Assembly: GCA_963846575.1 (NCBI GenBank)
Contig: CAWJWJ010000002.1
Location: 2,048,001-2,112,000 of the forward strand
Source: an uncultured Nitrospiraceae bacterium
GTDB lineage: Bacteria > Nitrospirota > Nitrospiria > Nitrospirales > Nitrospiraceae
DNA length: 64,000 nt
Reading direction: 5' to 3'
A model generated the notes under the pieces. That model was not told the DNA's origin and did not search any database. It saw only the letters and a program-made list of their open reading frames with translations. Position 1 is the first letter of the stretch; every line of letters starts with the position of its first letter. Shown here piece by piece: positions 34,177 to 42,856 of this stretch. The position numbers were made by a program, and so were the translations under genes.

Positions 34177-34885
34177 ACGTGACGAATGTGATAGAGGGAC
34201 GAGGACGGAACGTCACAGTGACTGATTGTGGGAAATTCTGTGGCGGAACCATCCAGGCTGACCGTTGCTGACCAATTACCGCGCAGTTACCGAGTAATAT
34301 GACCAATCCTGCAAACTAGTAAGAAACAACGACTCAGTAAGATGGGGATTCACAGTCTCTAATTCGTCAGATATGTAAATCTTACACCCCCGCCATACCA
34401 ACGATCGAGGCTTCCCGCTGCTCGCCCTCTTGCCCTGTCATTATTCCTCAATTCTGTGAAGTGACTCCGAACAATTACGCACTTGCGAGACTACATTACG
34501 GCATGGTTCACTGATCAAGGGTGAAGGTGTCTGCTTTGGTTGTGCCCACCCATGGCAGCAAGAGGTCTCGGCATCCTCCTGGCGGGATCTGCCTTCACCC
34601 CCGAACTCATGAGTCAACTCCATATTCGACGACGTTTTCGCTTCATTCATATACACAATCCCTTACGTTGCATATATCAAATAAGCCATTGATAACTAGA
34701 ACGTTTATTTCATCAGCATAAAATTCAGTCACTGCCCCCTGTTCGGCTAGTATCTCATCCCCTCCTACACGGTATTCTCACCACCCCCATGCGTCTGTAT
34801 TGTTGGGCATGCCTAACGCAGCCCATATCATGACCGCTGCTCCACCTGCATGTCTTCAGTTCACTCCATCCTGACAGGAGGCCCT

Positions 34886-35086
34886 ATGCATAAACAAATC
34901 GGCCGGATTGGATCAGTCCGAAGAGAACTTCATGGTAAAGCCTGCCCGTTCTGTGGAGGGCACAAATACCAACTCCTACTTCGCTCCCATACCTCACCAG
35001 GCGCTGAAGGTCTTTTGGCTCGATGCAGTCAATGCCAGCGCGCCAAAGAACTTGACGAAGAATTGGGCCGCATCCTCTGGATGTGA
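34886..35086 (+). CDS. Small zinc-ribbon protein
   Basis: CPFC...CSQC; AGGAGG RBS. Confidence 0.7.
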   Translation: MHKQIGRIGSVRRELHGKACPFCGGHKYQLLLRSHTSPGAEGLLARCSQCQRAKELDEELGRILWM

Positions 35087-35149
35087 TGGCAGGGGTATGG
35101 ACGTCACTTCTCATCCAACTCACATCTACAGGCTGCGCAGGGAGACCCA

Positions 35150-35398
35150 ATGACGCTCTTCAAGAAAGCCCCTTCAAAACGCACCACTCTGAAGACTCAG
35201 GCGTTGCGGATGCTCATGACGAGTGGGGTCATTCGGTCGGCCTCCACCGAACCACCCAGTCTGGTCACGGAACGATTCTCTTCCAGATTGGTGGAGGCAG
35301 GCCACGACACTTCCAGTGGCCACCTCCACCACGGGCGGGTGTGTGCAGAATGGCGCTCTACTGTTTTTGATATTGTCAGGGATTTCTCGAGAACGTAA
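35150..35398 (+). CDS. Small hypothetical protein
   Basis: GGGAG RBS only; no recognised domain. Confidence 0.45.
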   Translation: MTLFKKAPSKRTTLKTQALRMLMTSGVIRSASTEPPSLVTERFSSRLVEAGHDTSSGHLHHGRVCAEWRSTVFDIVRDFSRT

Positions 35399-35596
35399 CT
35401 AGAGGTCCACACCTCACATCCATGGGCTGGATGCCCAACTGAGCGTTAATTCGACCCTGAAAATCATCCGCGAGAATTACTTGAGTGCGCTCCTTGCTCT
35501 GGGGTATGATCTCCTCTCTTCTGCACGAAGAATAGAATCCACGCCCGAGAAATATCGTACGACAGCCCCGAACCACGGACTGCGGATATGGCTTGC

Positions 35597-35687
35597 GGAG
35601 AGGTGGCCGAGTGGCCGAAGGCACCGGTTTGCTAAACCGGCACAGGTCAAAAGCTTGTCGCGGGTTCAAATCCCGCCCTCTCCGCCA
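35597..35687 (+). tRNA. tRNA-Ser (GCT)
   Basis: GGAGAGG/CCTCTCC stem, CCGGT-TT-GCT-AA-ACCGG, long variable arm, GCCA end. Confidence 0.96.
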
Positions 35688-35761
35688 TGCCAACTCAGAA
35701 GAGTTGATTTTTTTTCGATGATCCTGTAGACAGAAGCCCCTCTCGGAAATCCTGCCAGAAT

Positions 35762-35837
35762 GCCGAGGTAGCTCAGTTGGTAGAGCACAGCCCTGAAAAG
35801 GCTGGTGTCGACAGTTCGATTCTGTCCCTCGGCACCA
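35762..35837 (+). tRNA. tRNA-Phe (GAA), integration target
   Basis: GCCGAGG/CCTCGGC stem, CAGCC-CT-GAA-AA-GGCTG, GTTCGATTC, ACCA end. Confidence 0.97.
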
Positions 35838-37005
35838 CAAATCGCGCACTTAGAGATTGTTCTACGTAGGATGGTGGCACCTCAGTGGCAGTAAGTGGCA
35901 CCTCAGAGGCATTTACACCATGGAGGAGAGCATCACTGAACGACTCCAACCGAGTGACCGCATCGCGCAATCGACCGTCCCAATTGTGAATGTGATACTT
36001 CGCTGAACCAGGAAGCGGCTCGCCTTTGAGGGTCTGAATCACAGCATAGTCCACACCACATTGCATCAGCCAGGTGGCGAAGGTGTGTCGCAGATCGTGG
36101 AAGTGCAGATCATAAATCCCGGCTCGCTCACATGTTTTCATCCAACTATGCTTGAAGGAATTCCCATTCTTCCATTGTCCAAAGAATCGCCCGCCAATCC
36201 GTGATAGTCCTCCGAACAGCGCTTCGTAAGCCAAGCCATTAAGAGGAATCGTTTTAGGAACCCCCTTGATCTTCGTGCGGCCCGGCGCCGGCGCCATCCA
36301 CCACCCGTCTCCCCTCTGCATCAGCCATTCTTCATGAGTCTCAATGAGCTTGTTCTCGCGCAAACCAATTTGGAGCGCCGCCATGATGAGACGCCATACT
36401 TGTGGCGAGGCAGCGGCCCTAAGTTTCAATAGTTCCCATCCTTCCAGCACGCGCTCACGTTTCACGTACTCAGGCACCGGAAGCCGCTTGAGCCGATTCT
36501 TATCCAGCCGATCCATGTCCACAGCCAGATTGAGCACGGCCATTAATACCGCACATTCCCGCTCGATCGTTCCAGCCGCGACCGGTCGACGGTTATCTGC
36601 CGGACCCGTAAGATCCGCACGACGTTTTTCCAAATAGGTCAATCCGTCCTCAAGGCGAATCTCAGTAAGTATTTTCTGTCCGAAATAGGGAATGATGTGC
36701 TTCGTCAGAATGAGCTCATTTCGACCGTCATTTGTTGGCCGCTTCGCTTTTAAATACTGCAGGTAGATTGGAATGAAAGCCGAAAAGGTGATGTCCGGCT
36801 GGTCAGCGAAGTGAGTCGTTTGAGTGGGTAAATGTACCGGTTGCGCCGTGTTGGCGTGTATAGCGGTGATGATTTGAAGGGCAGCTTCCCGTTCCTGGTC
36901 AATGGAAAGGTTGTATCCAAGGACAGGCCTATAACGAGCACCACGATACCAATATGTGAGAACCGAACGAGTCTTCCCGGAGGTTAGGATGCGCCGAATG
37001 TTCAT
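35773..37005 (-). CDS. Tyrosine recombinase/integrase
   Basis: GLR, TK, HFHDLRHTFATWL; likely start ATG 37005; 3' end runs through the att core. Confidence 0.9.
   Translation of the reverse strand: MNIRRILTSGKTRSVLTYWYRGARYRPVLGYNLSIDQEREAALQIITAIHANTAQPVHLPTQTTHFADQPDITFSAFIPIYLQYLKAKRPTNDGRNELILTKHIIPYFGQKILTEIRLEDGLTYLEKRRADLTGPADNRRPVAAGTIERECAVLMAVLNLAVDMDRLDKNRLKRLPVPEYVKRERVLEGWELLKLRAAASPQVWRLIMAALQIGLRENKLIETHEEWLMQRGDGWWMAPAPGRTKIKGVPKTIPLNGLAYEALFGGLSRIGGRFFGQWKNGNSFKHSWMKTCERAGIYDLHFHDLRHTFATWLMQCGVDYAVIQTLKGEPLPGSAKYHIHNWDGRLRDAVTRLESFSDALLHGVNASEVPLTATEVPPSYVEQSLSARFVVPRDRIELSTPAFSGLCSTN
35791..35843 (+). repeat. attL: 53-bp direct repeat (3' half of tRNA-Phe + CAAATC)
   Basis: Identical to 61076-61128. 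Confidence 0.93.
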
Positions 37006-37009
37006 GGCG

Positions 37010-37276
37010 TTACCTATGACGAGACAGTATAAAAAGTGGATTCCGATGGTAAACGTTGGCTGGACCGACGTCAACTGGCGCAGGAGACAGATCCCCGTGC
37101 CTGTTGCTGTTCACCTCCTGTCCCTCGGAGCGCATTCGAACCCACTTTTCCAAGTCTTCCTTCACGAACATCAGACGATGTCCATAGCGAACACGGGGAA
37201 TGTCAACACGTTGGTACAGTGTTCGTTTTGTGAGCCGCAAGAACTGAGCAGCTTCTTCGATGGTAAGAAGCGTCAT
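37010..37276 (-). CDS. Excisionase-like HTH (HTH_17) protein
   Basis: LLTIEEAAQFLRLTKRTLY...EDLEKW; immediately upstream of the integrase. Confidence 0.85.
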   Translation of the reverse strand: MTLLTIEEAAQFLRLTKRTLYQRVDIPRVRYGHRLMFVKEDLEKWVRMRSEGQEVNSNRHGDLSPAPVDVGPANVYHRNPLFILSRHR

Positions 37277-37519
37277 ACCTTCTCCTATCTACGCAGACAA
37301 TGAAGCCGAAGCATATTGGCTCTCAACTGGTCTGATTCAACCGGAAGTCTATCGACATCCATTCCCCCCCATTGAAGCGCCCGCCGTTACGCCAGCTTGG
37401 GACGAAGATCGAGCCCCCATCGGGTGCGACCCGTGGCCGGCGGAGCAGGGGGTCAGGCCTTCCCGTCTGTTCGTCCAGGCCTGCCCGCTGCGAGAGCCTC
37501 GTGCCGCCTCCTTCGTTAC

Positions 37520-37549
37520 GCCCCACCCTTGGATTGTGAAGGGTGGGGC
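37520..37549. other. 11-bp-stem hairpin in the Xis-RadC intergenic region
   Basis: GCCCCACCCTT-GGATTGTG-AAGGGTGGGGC. Confidence 0.6.
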
Positions 37550-37577
37550 TAGAACATAATTTCAGAAGGAGGCGGAC

Positions 37578-38082
37578 ATGTCCGTTGATAGTTCTCTCGG
37601 TTCCTCGAACGCTGGACGGCCACTGAGCCCGACAGCCCGCTACGGCGTGCCTCGGTACCGTGTCACGCTTGTGCGCGAGGGCTGTGCCATTCCCGCGACG
37701 GAGTCCCTCACGACGTCGGAGGGCGCCGCGCAGCTCCTGTGTCCCCTGTTCGCCGGATTGGACCGGGAGCAGTTCCTGGTCTGCGGCCTCGACGCCAAAC
37801 ATCGACTCATTGGGATCAATGTCGTCTCCACGGGCTCGCTCACCTTGGCCATTGTCCACCCTCGTGAAGTCTTCAAACCGCTGATCCTGATGAATGCCGG
37901 GGCCTGGATTTGTGCGCACAACCACCCCTCTGGCGACATCACGCCCAGTCCCGGAAGATCGCGTCCTGACCACACGGCTGCGCGAAGCAGCTGATCTGTT
38001 CGGCATTCCGCTGCTGGACCATCTCATCTTCGCTGACGACCGCTACTACAGCTTCGCCGACCAGGGCTGGCCCGGCGCCTAG
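37578..38082 (+). pseudogene. radC: RadC-like JAB domain protein with +1 frameshift at ~37950
   Basis: DREQF, VHPREVFK, HNHPSGD.TPS | PED...LLDHLI in the next frame. Confidence 0.85.
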
Positions 38083-38207
38083 CGGAGCAGCCGCAACACC
38101 CAGGCCGCTCCGGCGGCTACCAATGCGAGACCGATCGCCGCCGTGCCCCAGGCGACCAGGTCGGTGGCCAACGCGTTCCCGATGTTTTGAATCTGTTGCG
38201 CCGTCAT
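38079..38207 (-). CDS. Second coat-protein-like peptide (42 aa), no signal peptide
   Basis: AAGGAG RBS; MTAQQIQNIGNALATDLVAWGTAAIGLALVAAGAAWVLRLLR aligns with the mature major coat. Confidence 0.7.
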   Translation of the reverse strand: MTAQQIQNIGNALATDLVAWGTAAIGLALVAAGAAWVLRLLR

Positions 38208-38254
38208 CCGTGCACTCCTTTGTCCGTGCCATTCTCATCCTGCCCTGTGCTGAG

Positions 38255-38284
38255 AAAAGGAGGCAGGCTGCTGCCAGCCTGCCT
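38255..38284 (-). terminator. Intrinsic terminator after the major coat gene
   Basis: Perfect 10-bp stem AGGCAGGCTG/CAGCCTGCCT followed by CCTTTT on the minus strand. Confidence 0.65.
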
Positions 38285-38296
38285 CGATGGGCTTTC

Positions 38297-38509
38297 CTAG
38301 CCCACAATCGCGCGCACGCGCTTAAAGGCGTAAATCGCCAATGCCACGCCGATCAGGGCCGTGGCCCACAGGAGCAGATCGGCCCGCACGGTGGCCACAT
38401 CCGCCGACACCGGAAACAACTGCGCCTGCGACAGCGCCGGGACGCCCAGGGCGAACACGAACGCCATGAGCAATCCCCCAAGCCCTTTGACCCAACCCCA
38501 TCCCTTCAT
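38297..38509 (-). CDS. Inovirus-like major coat protein (pVIII-like)
   Basis: 70 aa: signal peptide ending SQA, amphipathic segment, one TM, basic tail KRVR; AAGGAGG RBS; own terminator. Confidence 0.8.
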   Translation of the reverse strand: MKGWGWVKGLGGLLMAFVFALGVPALSQAQLFPVSADVATVRADLLLWATALIGVALAIYAFKRVRAIVG

Positions 38510-38600
38510 ACCGCACCTCCTTGTGCTGTGGTGGTCACGTCCACCGACGCCGCCGGAGTCCTCGCCGGCGGACGAGTGCCTCAGTAGCTCTGAGGCAGAA

Positions 38601-38705
38601 TCAGTGCTGAGGCAGAATCAGTTTGATAATCAGACCGACGGCAAACCCGCCGAGCCAGAAGATCGCCGTGAAGTAAGTCATCATCTCAATCGCCTGCGGG
38701 TCCAT
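38601..38705 (-). CDS. Small hydrophobic minor-coat-like protein (pVII/pIX-like, 34 aa)
   Basis: MDPQAIEMMTYFTAIFWLGGFAVGLIIKLILPQH; AAGGAG RBS inside the zot 3' end. Confidence 0.65.
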   Translation of the reverse strand: MDPQAIEMMTYFTAIFWLGGFAVGLIIKLILPQH

Positions 38706-39690
38706 AAAACACTCCTTCTCCGATCAGACGCATCGACCCCTCCTCGTAGACTTCCGACACGACGACGCCGTAGCGTCCAGTAATCTGAGCGGCCGTGAGG
38801 ATTTCGCCACTGTCCAACAAGTACCGCCACCCTTGACGGTTCGCCGAGGAGCCGGCGCCGCCAAGAATACGCACTGGGCGCTTCGGAACTGACGGTGTGG
38901 CAGCCGAAGTAGCAGACGCACCCAAGGGAGTCATGAGACTACCCGCCATCGACGCAGAAGCCGGCAAGAGAGTCCCCGTCGCGGTGACTCCAGTCGCCGG
39001 AACTCCCTTCGTGCTGCTTAATGACGACCAGGGGCGCCAAACCATGAGGGTGAGAGCAAACAGCCCTGCGGCAATGCCGATCGCCACCCGCGCCGACTTG
39101 AAGACGGTATGGCTGCGTTTCTCTTCCCTGATCGCCGCCGACGCATAGCTGGAATAGTAGGCGTAGATCGCCGGCGAGTAGGTCCCGACAAAAGCTCGGA
39201 TGGTTTCGTGGTCTTCGGGGTTCCCGCGTACCTTGCCCTGATACTTTTTCGCGAGACCCACAAAGGCCAGCTTGCGAAACTTCACCGTGGCTTCAATCAA
39301 TCGCGTCACGCCTTGCGACATCTGCCGAAAATCCTGACTCATGAGCAGAATATCCACGCCGTAATGCCGATGGGTTTCGAGCCAACGGAGGAGCCCCGGC
39401 TCGACTTTCTGCATGGACCGAAAGACGGTCTGGGCTTCGTCGATGATGACGGCCGAGCCGGGTTCGACATGTGGAAAGGCCTGCAGGACTTCCACGGAGT
39501 CTTTCCAGATCGTGATCTGTTGTTGGAGGGTCTCGAGTTCGATGCCGGTGAAGAGCGCCAGTCGATCCAGATAGATGCCATCGACGGCGATGTAGAGTCG
39601 CCGGCCTTGCCGCACCCAGGGCAAGAATTTCTCGCAGATCGCGTGATAGGACTTGCCCGAGCCCGGCACGCCTTCATACAGTTCGATCAT
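38686..39690 (-). CDS. zot: Zot/pI-like morphogenesis ATPase
   Basis: MIELYEGVPGSGKS (Walker A), VIIDEAQ (Walker B), HRHYGVDILLMSQ, one TM. Confidence 0.92.
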   Translation of the reverse strand: MIELYEGVPGSGKSYHAICEKFLPWVRQGRRLYIAVDGIYLDRLALFTGIELETLQQQITIWKDSVEVLQAFPHVEPGSAVIIDEAQTVFRSMQKVEPGLLRWLETHRHYGVDILLMSQDFRQMSQGVTRLIEATVKFRKLAFVGLAKKYQGKVRGNPEDHETIRAFVGTYSPAIYAYYSSYASAAIREEKRSHTVFKSARVAIGIAAGLFALTLMVWRPWSSLSSTKGVPATGVTATGTLLPASASMAGSLMTPLGASATSAATPSVPKRPVRILGGAGSSANRQGWRYLLDSGEILTAAQITGRYGVVVSEVYEEGSMRLIGEGVFYGPAGD

Positions 39691-39773
39691 CGAAGACTCC
39701 TCAGATACACCCAGATCCACAGCGCCAGAATTACCGTCCACGCATAGGCCCAGCCCATCACGATGGTGTTCAT
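39687..39773 (-). CDS. 28-aa hydrophobic peptide
   Basis: MNTIVMGWAYAWTVILALWIWVYLRSLR; ATGA overlaps with both neighbours. Confidence 0.6.
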   Translation of the reverse strand: MNTIVMGWAYAWTVILALWIWVYLRSLR

Positions 39774-40045
39774 GAGCCCCACCGGACGAATGGAATGGTT
39801 TGGAGCATGAATCGCGTCCCCATGGCGCTCGCCACGATGGCCAGCGCCTGACTCATGCCCGTCGCGCCCAGCACCCAGGCGTATTGATCCGGAATCACCG
39901 GCAGGGTGAGGCCTGCCGTGCCAAGGGTCGCGAGCGTGCTGTCCGCCACGGAGAGCACGGAATCCCAGATGCCCAACCCCCAATCGGTGAGCGAAAAGAA
40001 GAACTCCTGCAGCCAGCAATAGATCAGGGTCAGAATGGCGGTCAT
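39770..40045 (-). CDS. pVI-like minor coat protein (DUF2523-like)
   Basis: 91-aa hydrophobic protein ending GMSQALAIVASAMGTRFMLQTIPF; canonical position before Zot. Confidence 0.75.
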   Translation of the reverse strand: MTAILTLIYCWLQEFFFSLTDWGLGIWDSVLSVADSTLATLGTAGLTLPVIPDQYAWVLGATGMSQALAIVASAMGTRFMLQTIPFVRWGS

Positions 40046-41308
40046 GTGGTCTGGCCTCCTCCCACGAAGATGATGCGGTACGCGGCGAAGGAGGCAATGG
40101 CGATCACGAGCGTGCGGAGCACCGTGAAGAACCAGGCCCATTGATTGAAATCCACGTGCTGACTGCCGAAGAAGGCGGAGGGCAGCGCAATCACCGGCAA
40201 GGTTGAGGGCCAGGTCAGGGACTTGAGGAGATTCAGCGTACTGAGCAGTCCGCTCGTGGCCCAGATGGTTTGATGGGCTTGGAGGACGGTTCCGAAGGTC
40301 CGATTCTCATGTGCCCCGGCCGTACAGGATGTGGTGGCCTGTGTTTCTTCCTGTTGCGTCGTCGAGCCGTCGGGATTCTGGGTCGTCGTCGTGGTGGTCG
40401 TCGTGCTTTGCTGCTGGGTGTTCTGCTGCGGCGTACTGGCCGGAGGCGGGACGTTGTCGACGACGATGATATCCCCGGCAGGCACCGGCTTCGGTTTGAC
40501 CGTGGTCGGCATCTCACTCGGCGAAACCGGCTGCGAGACGGTGTTGTCCGCCGGTTGCGTCGTGCCCGTCGTCCCGACGGGATTCGTATGGGCTTCGATG
40601 GACTTCGGATCATTCGCTGGTAGTGCCTGACACATAGTTGGCCGCCTGCTGCTGAGTCGGCGGGGTGGAGGCGTCTTGCAACGGAGCCGGTTCGCCCGGA
40701 ATGCCTTTTCGGTGGCAGACATACAGACTGTGTCCGCCCACTGGCGGGCCGTTGACGAAGAAATTGCCGGAGAAGTACACGGCCGTGCTGACGCTGTGAA
40801 AGGGTCCGACCATCCAATCATGCTGATACTCTGAATCGACCGCACAGAGCGGGACATTGGTCGTGCTGAACTGAATGCTCGCGTTGGGATAACTGGGATT
40901 GCCGGGGGTATTGGTCCCGAGGCCCGGAAAGGTCTGGGTGCCGGCATTGCTGCTGGACACTTGCCATCCGCCCGGCGTCGAGGCTGCCGACTTGATGGCC
41001 GACAGGTCTGATGGTGAGTAATACATCTGGGCCAGCACTAAACCGGCCCCCACACCGAGTGCCGCCCAGCCGACTGGACCGGCGACCATGCGCACGGCCA
41101 ACGAGGCGGCCGAGGGAGCCACTGCTGCCGAGGCCACCTGACTCGCCATGGCGGACCGTTGTGCGGCCAGATAGGCAATCCGTTCGGCTTGGGCGACCAC
41201 GCGCGCATAGTGGGTCGTCTGCGCCACGGATTCACCCGGGGCGATGCACAGGGACACGAGCACTGTCCAGATGAGCCCGAGATACCCTGTCAACGAGATC
41301 AGCTTCAT
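40042..41308 (-). pseudogene. pIII-like adsorption protein with +1 frameshift at ~40628
   Basis: Signal peptide, Cys pair, P/T/Q-rich linker, C-terminal TM; NYVS|ALPANDPK joins the two frames. Confidence 0.75.
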
Positions 41309-41379
41309 ATCCGTCCGACTCCGAGGCCCAGGAGGAAGGCCAGTAACAAGACCGCCACGAGAATAATGGTGAGATCCAC
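41305..41379 (-). CDS. 24-aa hydrophobic minor-coat-like peptide (pVII-like)
   Basis: GGGAGG RBS, GTG start, MDLTIILVAVLLLAFLLGLGVGRI; ATGA overlap with pIII. Confidence 0.6.
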   Translation of the reverse strand: MDLTIILVAVLLLAFLLGLGVGRI

Positions 41380-41399
41380 CGGCCTTCCTCCCTCTGCCG

Positions 41400-41663
41400 T
41401 TATTTCAAGACTTCCAACCCGTACAGGTCGAAGAAGACCCGTCCGGTCTGTTCGAACTTCCGGACTTCGATCGAGACTTTCGCTTGCTTCCCCTCGGCTT
41501 GCTTGCAGGCCTCGATCAAGGGCATCTGATCGTCCGGAATCCCCAATCGAAGCACCCCCGGATCTCGGCCCTTCACATAGAGATCCACCGATCGGTAGAC
41601 TTTCCCTTCCCGACTTCTCCGCTCCACATAGCCCTGCACCGCCCCCTCCGCTTTGACTTGCAT
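41400..41663 (-). CDS. ssDNA-binding protein (pV/RstB-like)
   Basis: 87 aa, beta-rich with the S.EGKVY hairpin; AGGAGG RBS; canonical position after Rep. Confidence 0.7.
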   Translation of the reverse strand: MQVKAEGAVQGYVERRSREGKVYRSVDLYVKGRDPGVLRLGIPDDQMPLIEACKQAEGKQAKVSIEVRKFEQTGRVFFDLYGLEVLK

Positions 41664-41863
41664 CGTCGTCTCCTCCTGAATAGTGAGTTACATTCGGATC
41701 AGCCAAGCGCCTGACCCACACGCCCCGGCCTTCCGACCGGGCTTTTGGAATGAAGCAGAATTCCGAATCGCATTCCCGACAGCTCAGATACAGGGCACCC
41801 TGTTTCCACTTGCACCGACATCCTCTCGCGCCACATCCCGGACACATACGGTGCCACCCTCCG

Positions 41864-42856
41864 TCATGAAACTCTAAGGACATACGGCGTCCCTCTCCTC
41901 CGTTCCTTCAGCAGGGCGTAGTGCTTCTGTTTCCATTTCTGGGTGCCGGCATAGATCAACTCCTTCAGGAACTGATCACCTCGGCAGGCCACCACCACGG
42001 CCAGCATCGAGGCAACGGATTGGGCGAGCCAGGCGGCCACGTCGTCCAGCCGTTGCTGAATGCGCTCGACCACGAGCCGGCAGCGCTTGAAGCCTTCGGT
42101 CAGGGCCTGCCACCATCCCAACAGCGGCGCCCGGTATTTTTCGTACGATTCGGCCTCTCGCGTGGTCTCTCGGAAATCGACATAGGAGCGCAAGACGCCC
42201 ACCATAAAGGCCCGCCAGTCTTCGCTATCCAGCGTCAGGAGGGCTTTCGCGCAAGCCTGAGCCCGATCCTGTTTAAATTCCATTTCCCACCGGACGCCGT
42301 AGGCGGCCGCGTCTTCCCGTTTTTTGGCCTGGAGTTCCAGCCGTTTGTCATAGACCCGCAGCATGCTTTGGCTTTCCCGGCTGCCGAAGTAGAGGGTTTC
42401 TCCGGTCCGAATGCCGTCACGAGGATTGGAGGCCTGGATCACTTTGAATTGCTTGGACCGGCTGACGACTTGTCCGGCCTCGACGGCCTGCCGGACGGTT
42501 TCAACTGCGACCGTGGCCTCCCGGTCGTCCAGGGCCACGTCCGTCCGAGTCACATGGCCTTTTTGAGCGAAGATCCACGCGAGGACCGTTTTCAGCTTGT
42601 TCTCATCCCACTGGGAGATAATTCCGGCGGAGAGATCCACATGGACTTCCTTCGGACTGCGAGGGGCACCCGTCCCCAGTTTCCCGACGCCGGTCTTGCC
42701 CTGCGTCATGAGCTTCGCCACGGGATAGCCTCGAAAGCCGGTCTCACTCTGGAACCAGTCGCCCCCAATCGTCTTGATCACCTCGTCCACGTCAGCCTTC
42801 GGGAGTGTGAACGCCAGCCAATCGATGGTCTGAGTGAACCCTCCTGGACCTGTCAT
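41864..42856 (-). CDS. Rep_trans rolling-circle replication initiator (RstA/NicK-like)
   Basis: IDWLAFT, TRTDVALD, TLYFGSRES, LRVYDK, RWEME. Confidence 0.9.
   Translation of the reverse strand: MTGPGGFTQTIDWLAFTLPKADVDEVIKTIGGDWFQSETGFRGYPVAKLMTQGKTGVGKLGTGAPRSPKEVHVDLSAGIISQWDENKLKTVLAWIFAQKGHVTRTDVALDDREATVAVETVRQAVEAGQVVSRSKQFKVIQASNPRDGIRTGETLYFGSRESQSMLRVYDKRLELQAKKREDAAAYGVRWEMEFKQDRAQACAKALLTLDSEDWRAFMVGVLRSYVDFRETTREAESYEKYRAPLLGWWQALTEGFKRCRLVVERIQQRLDDVAAWLAQSVASMLAVVVACRGDQFLKELIYAGTQKWKQKHYALLKERRRGTPYVLRVS

Noticed and set aside
34803..34820. Sigma-54-like GG-N10-GC upstream of the zinc-ribbon gene
   Set aside because: Lacks the TTGC consensus; could be chance.
35376..35849. 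ORFs overlapping tRNAs (also 32055-32633)
   Set aside because: Antisense translations of tRNA and serS sequence.
38686..39690. Zot as an enterotoxin
   Set aside because: Context indicates a phage assembly ATPase; nothing supports toxin function.
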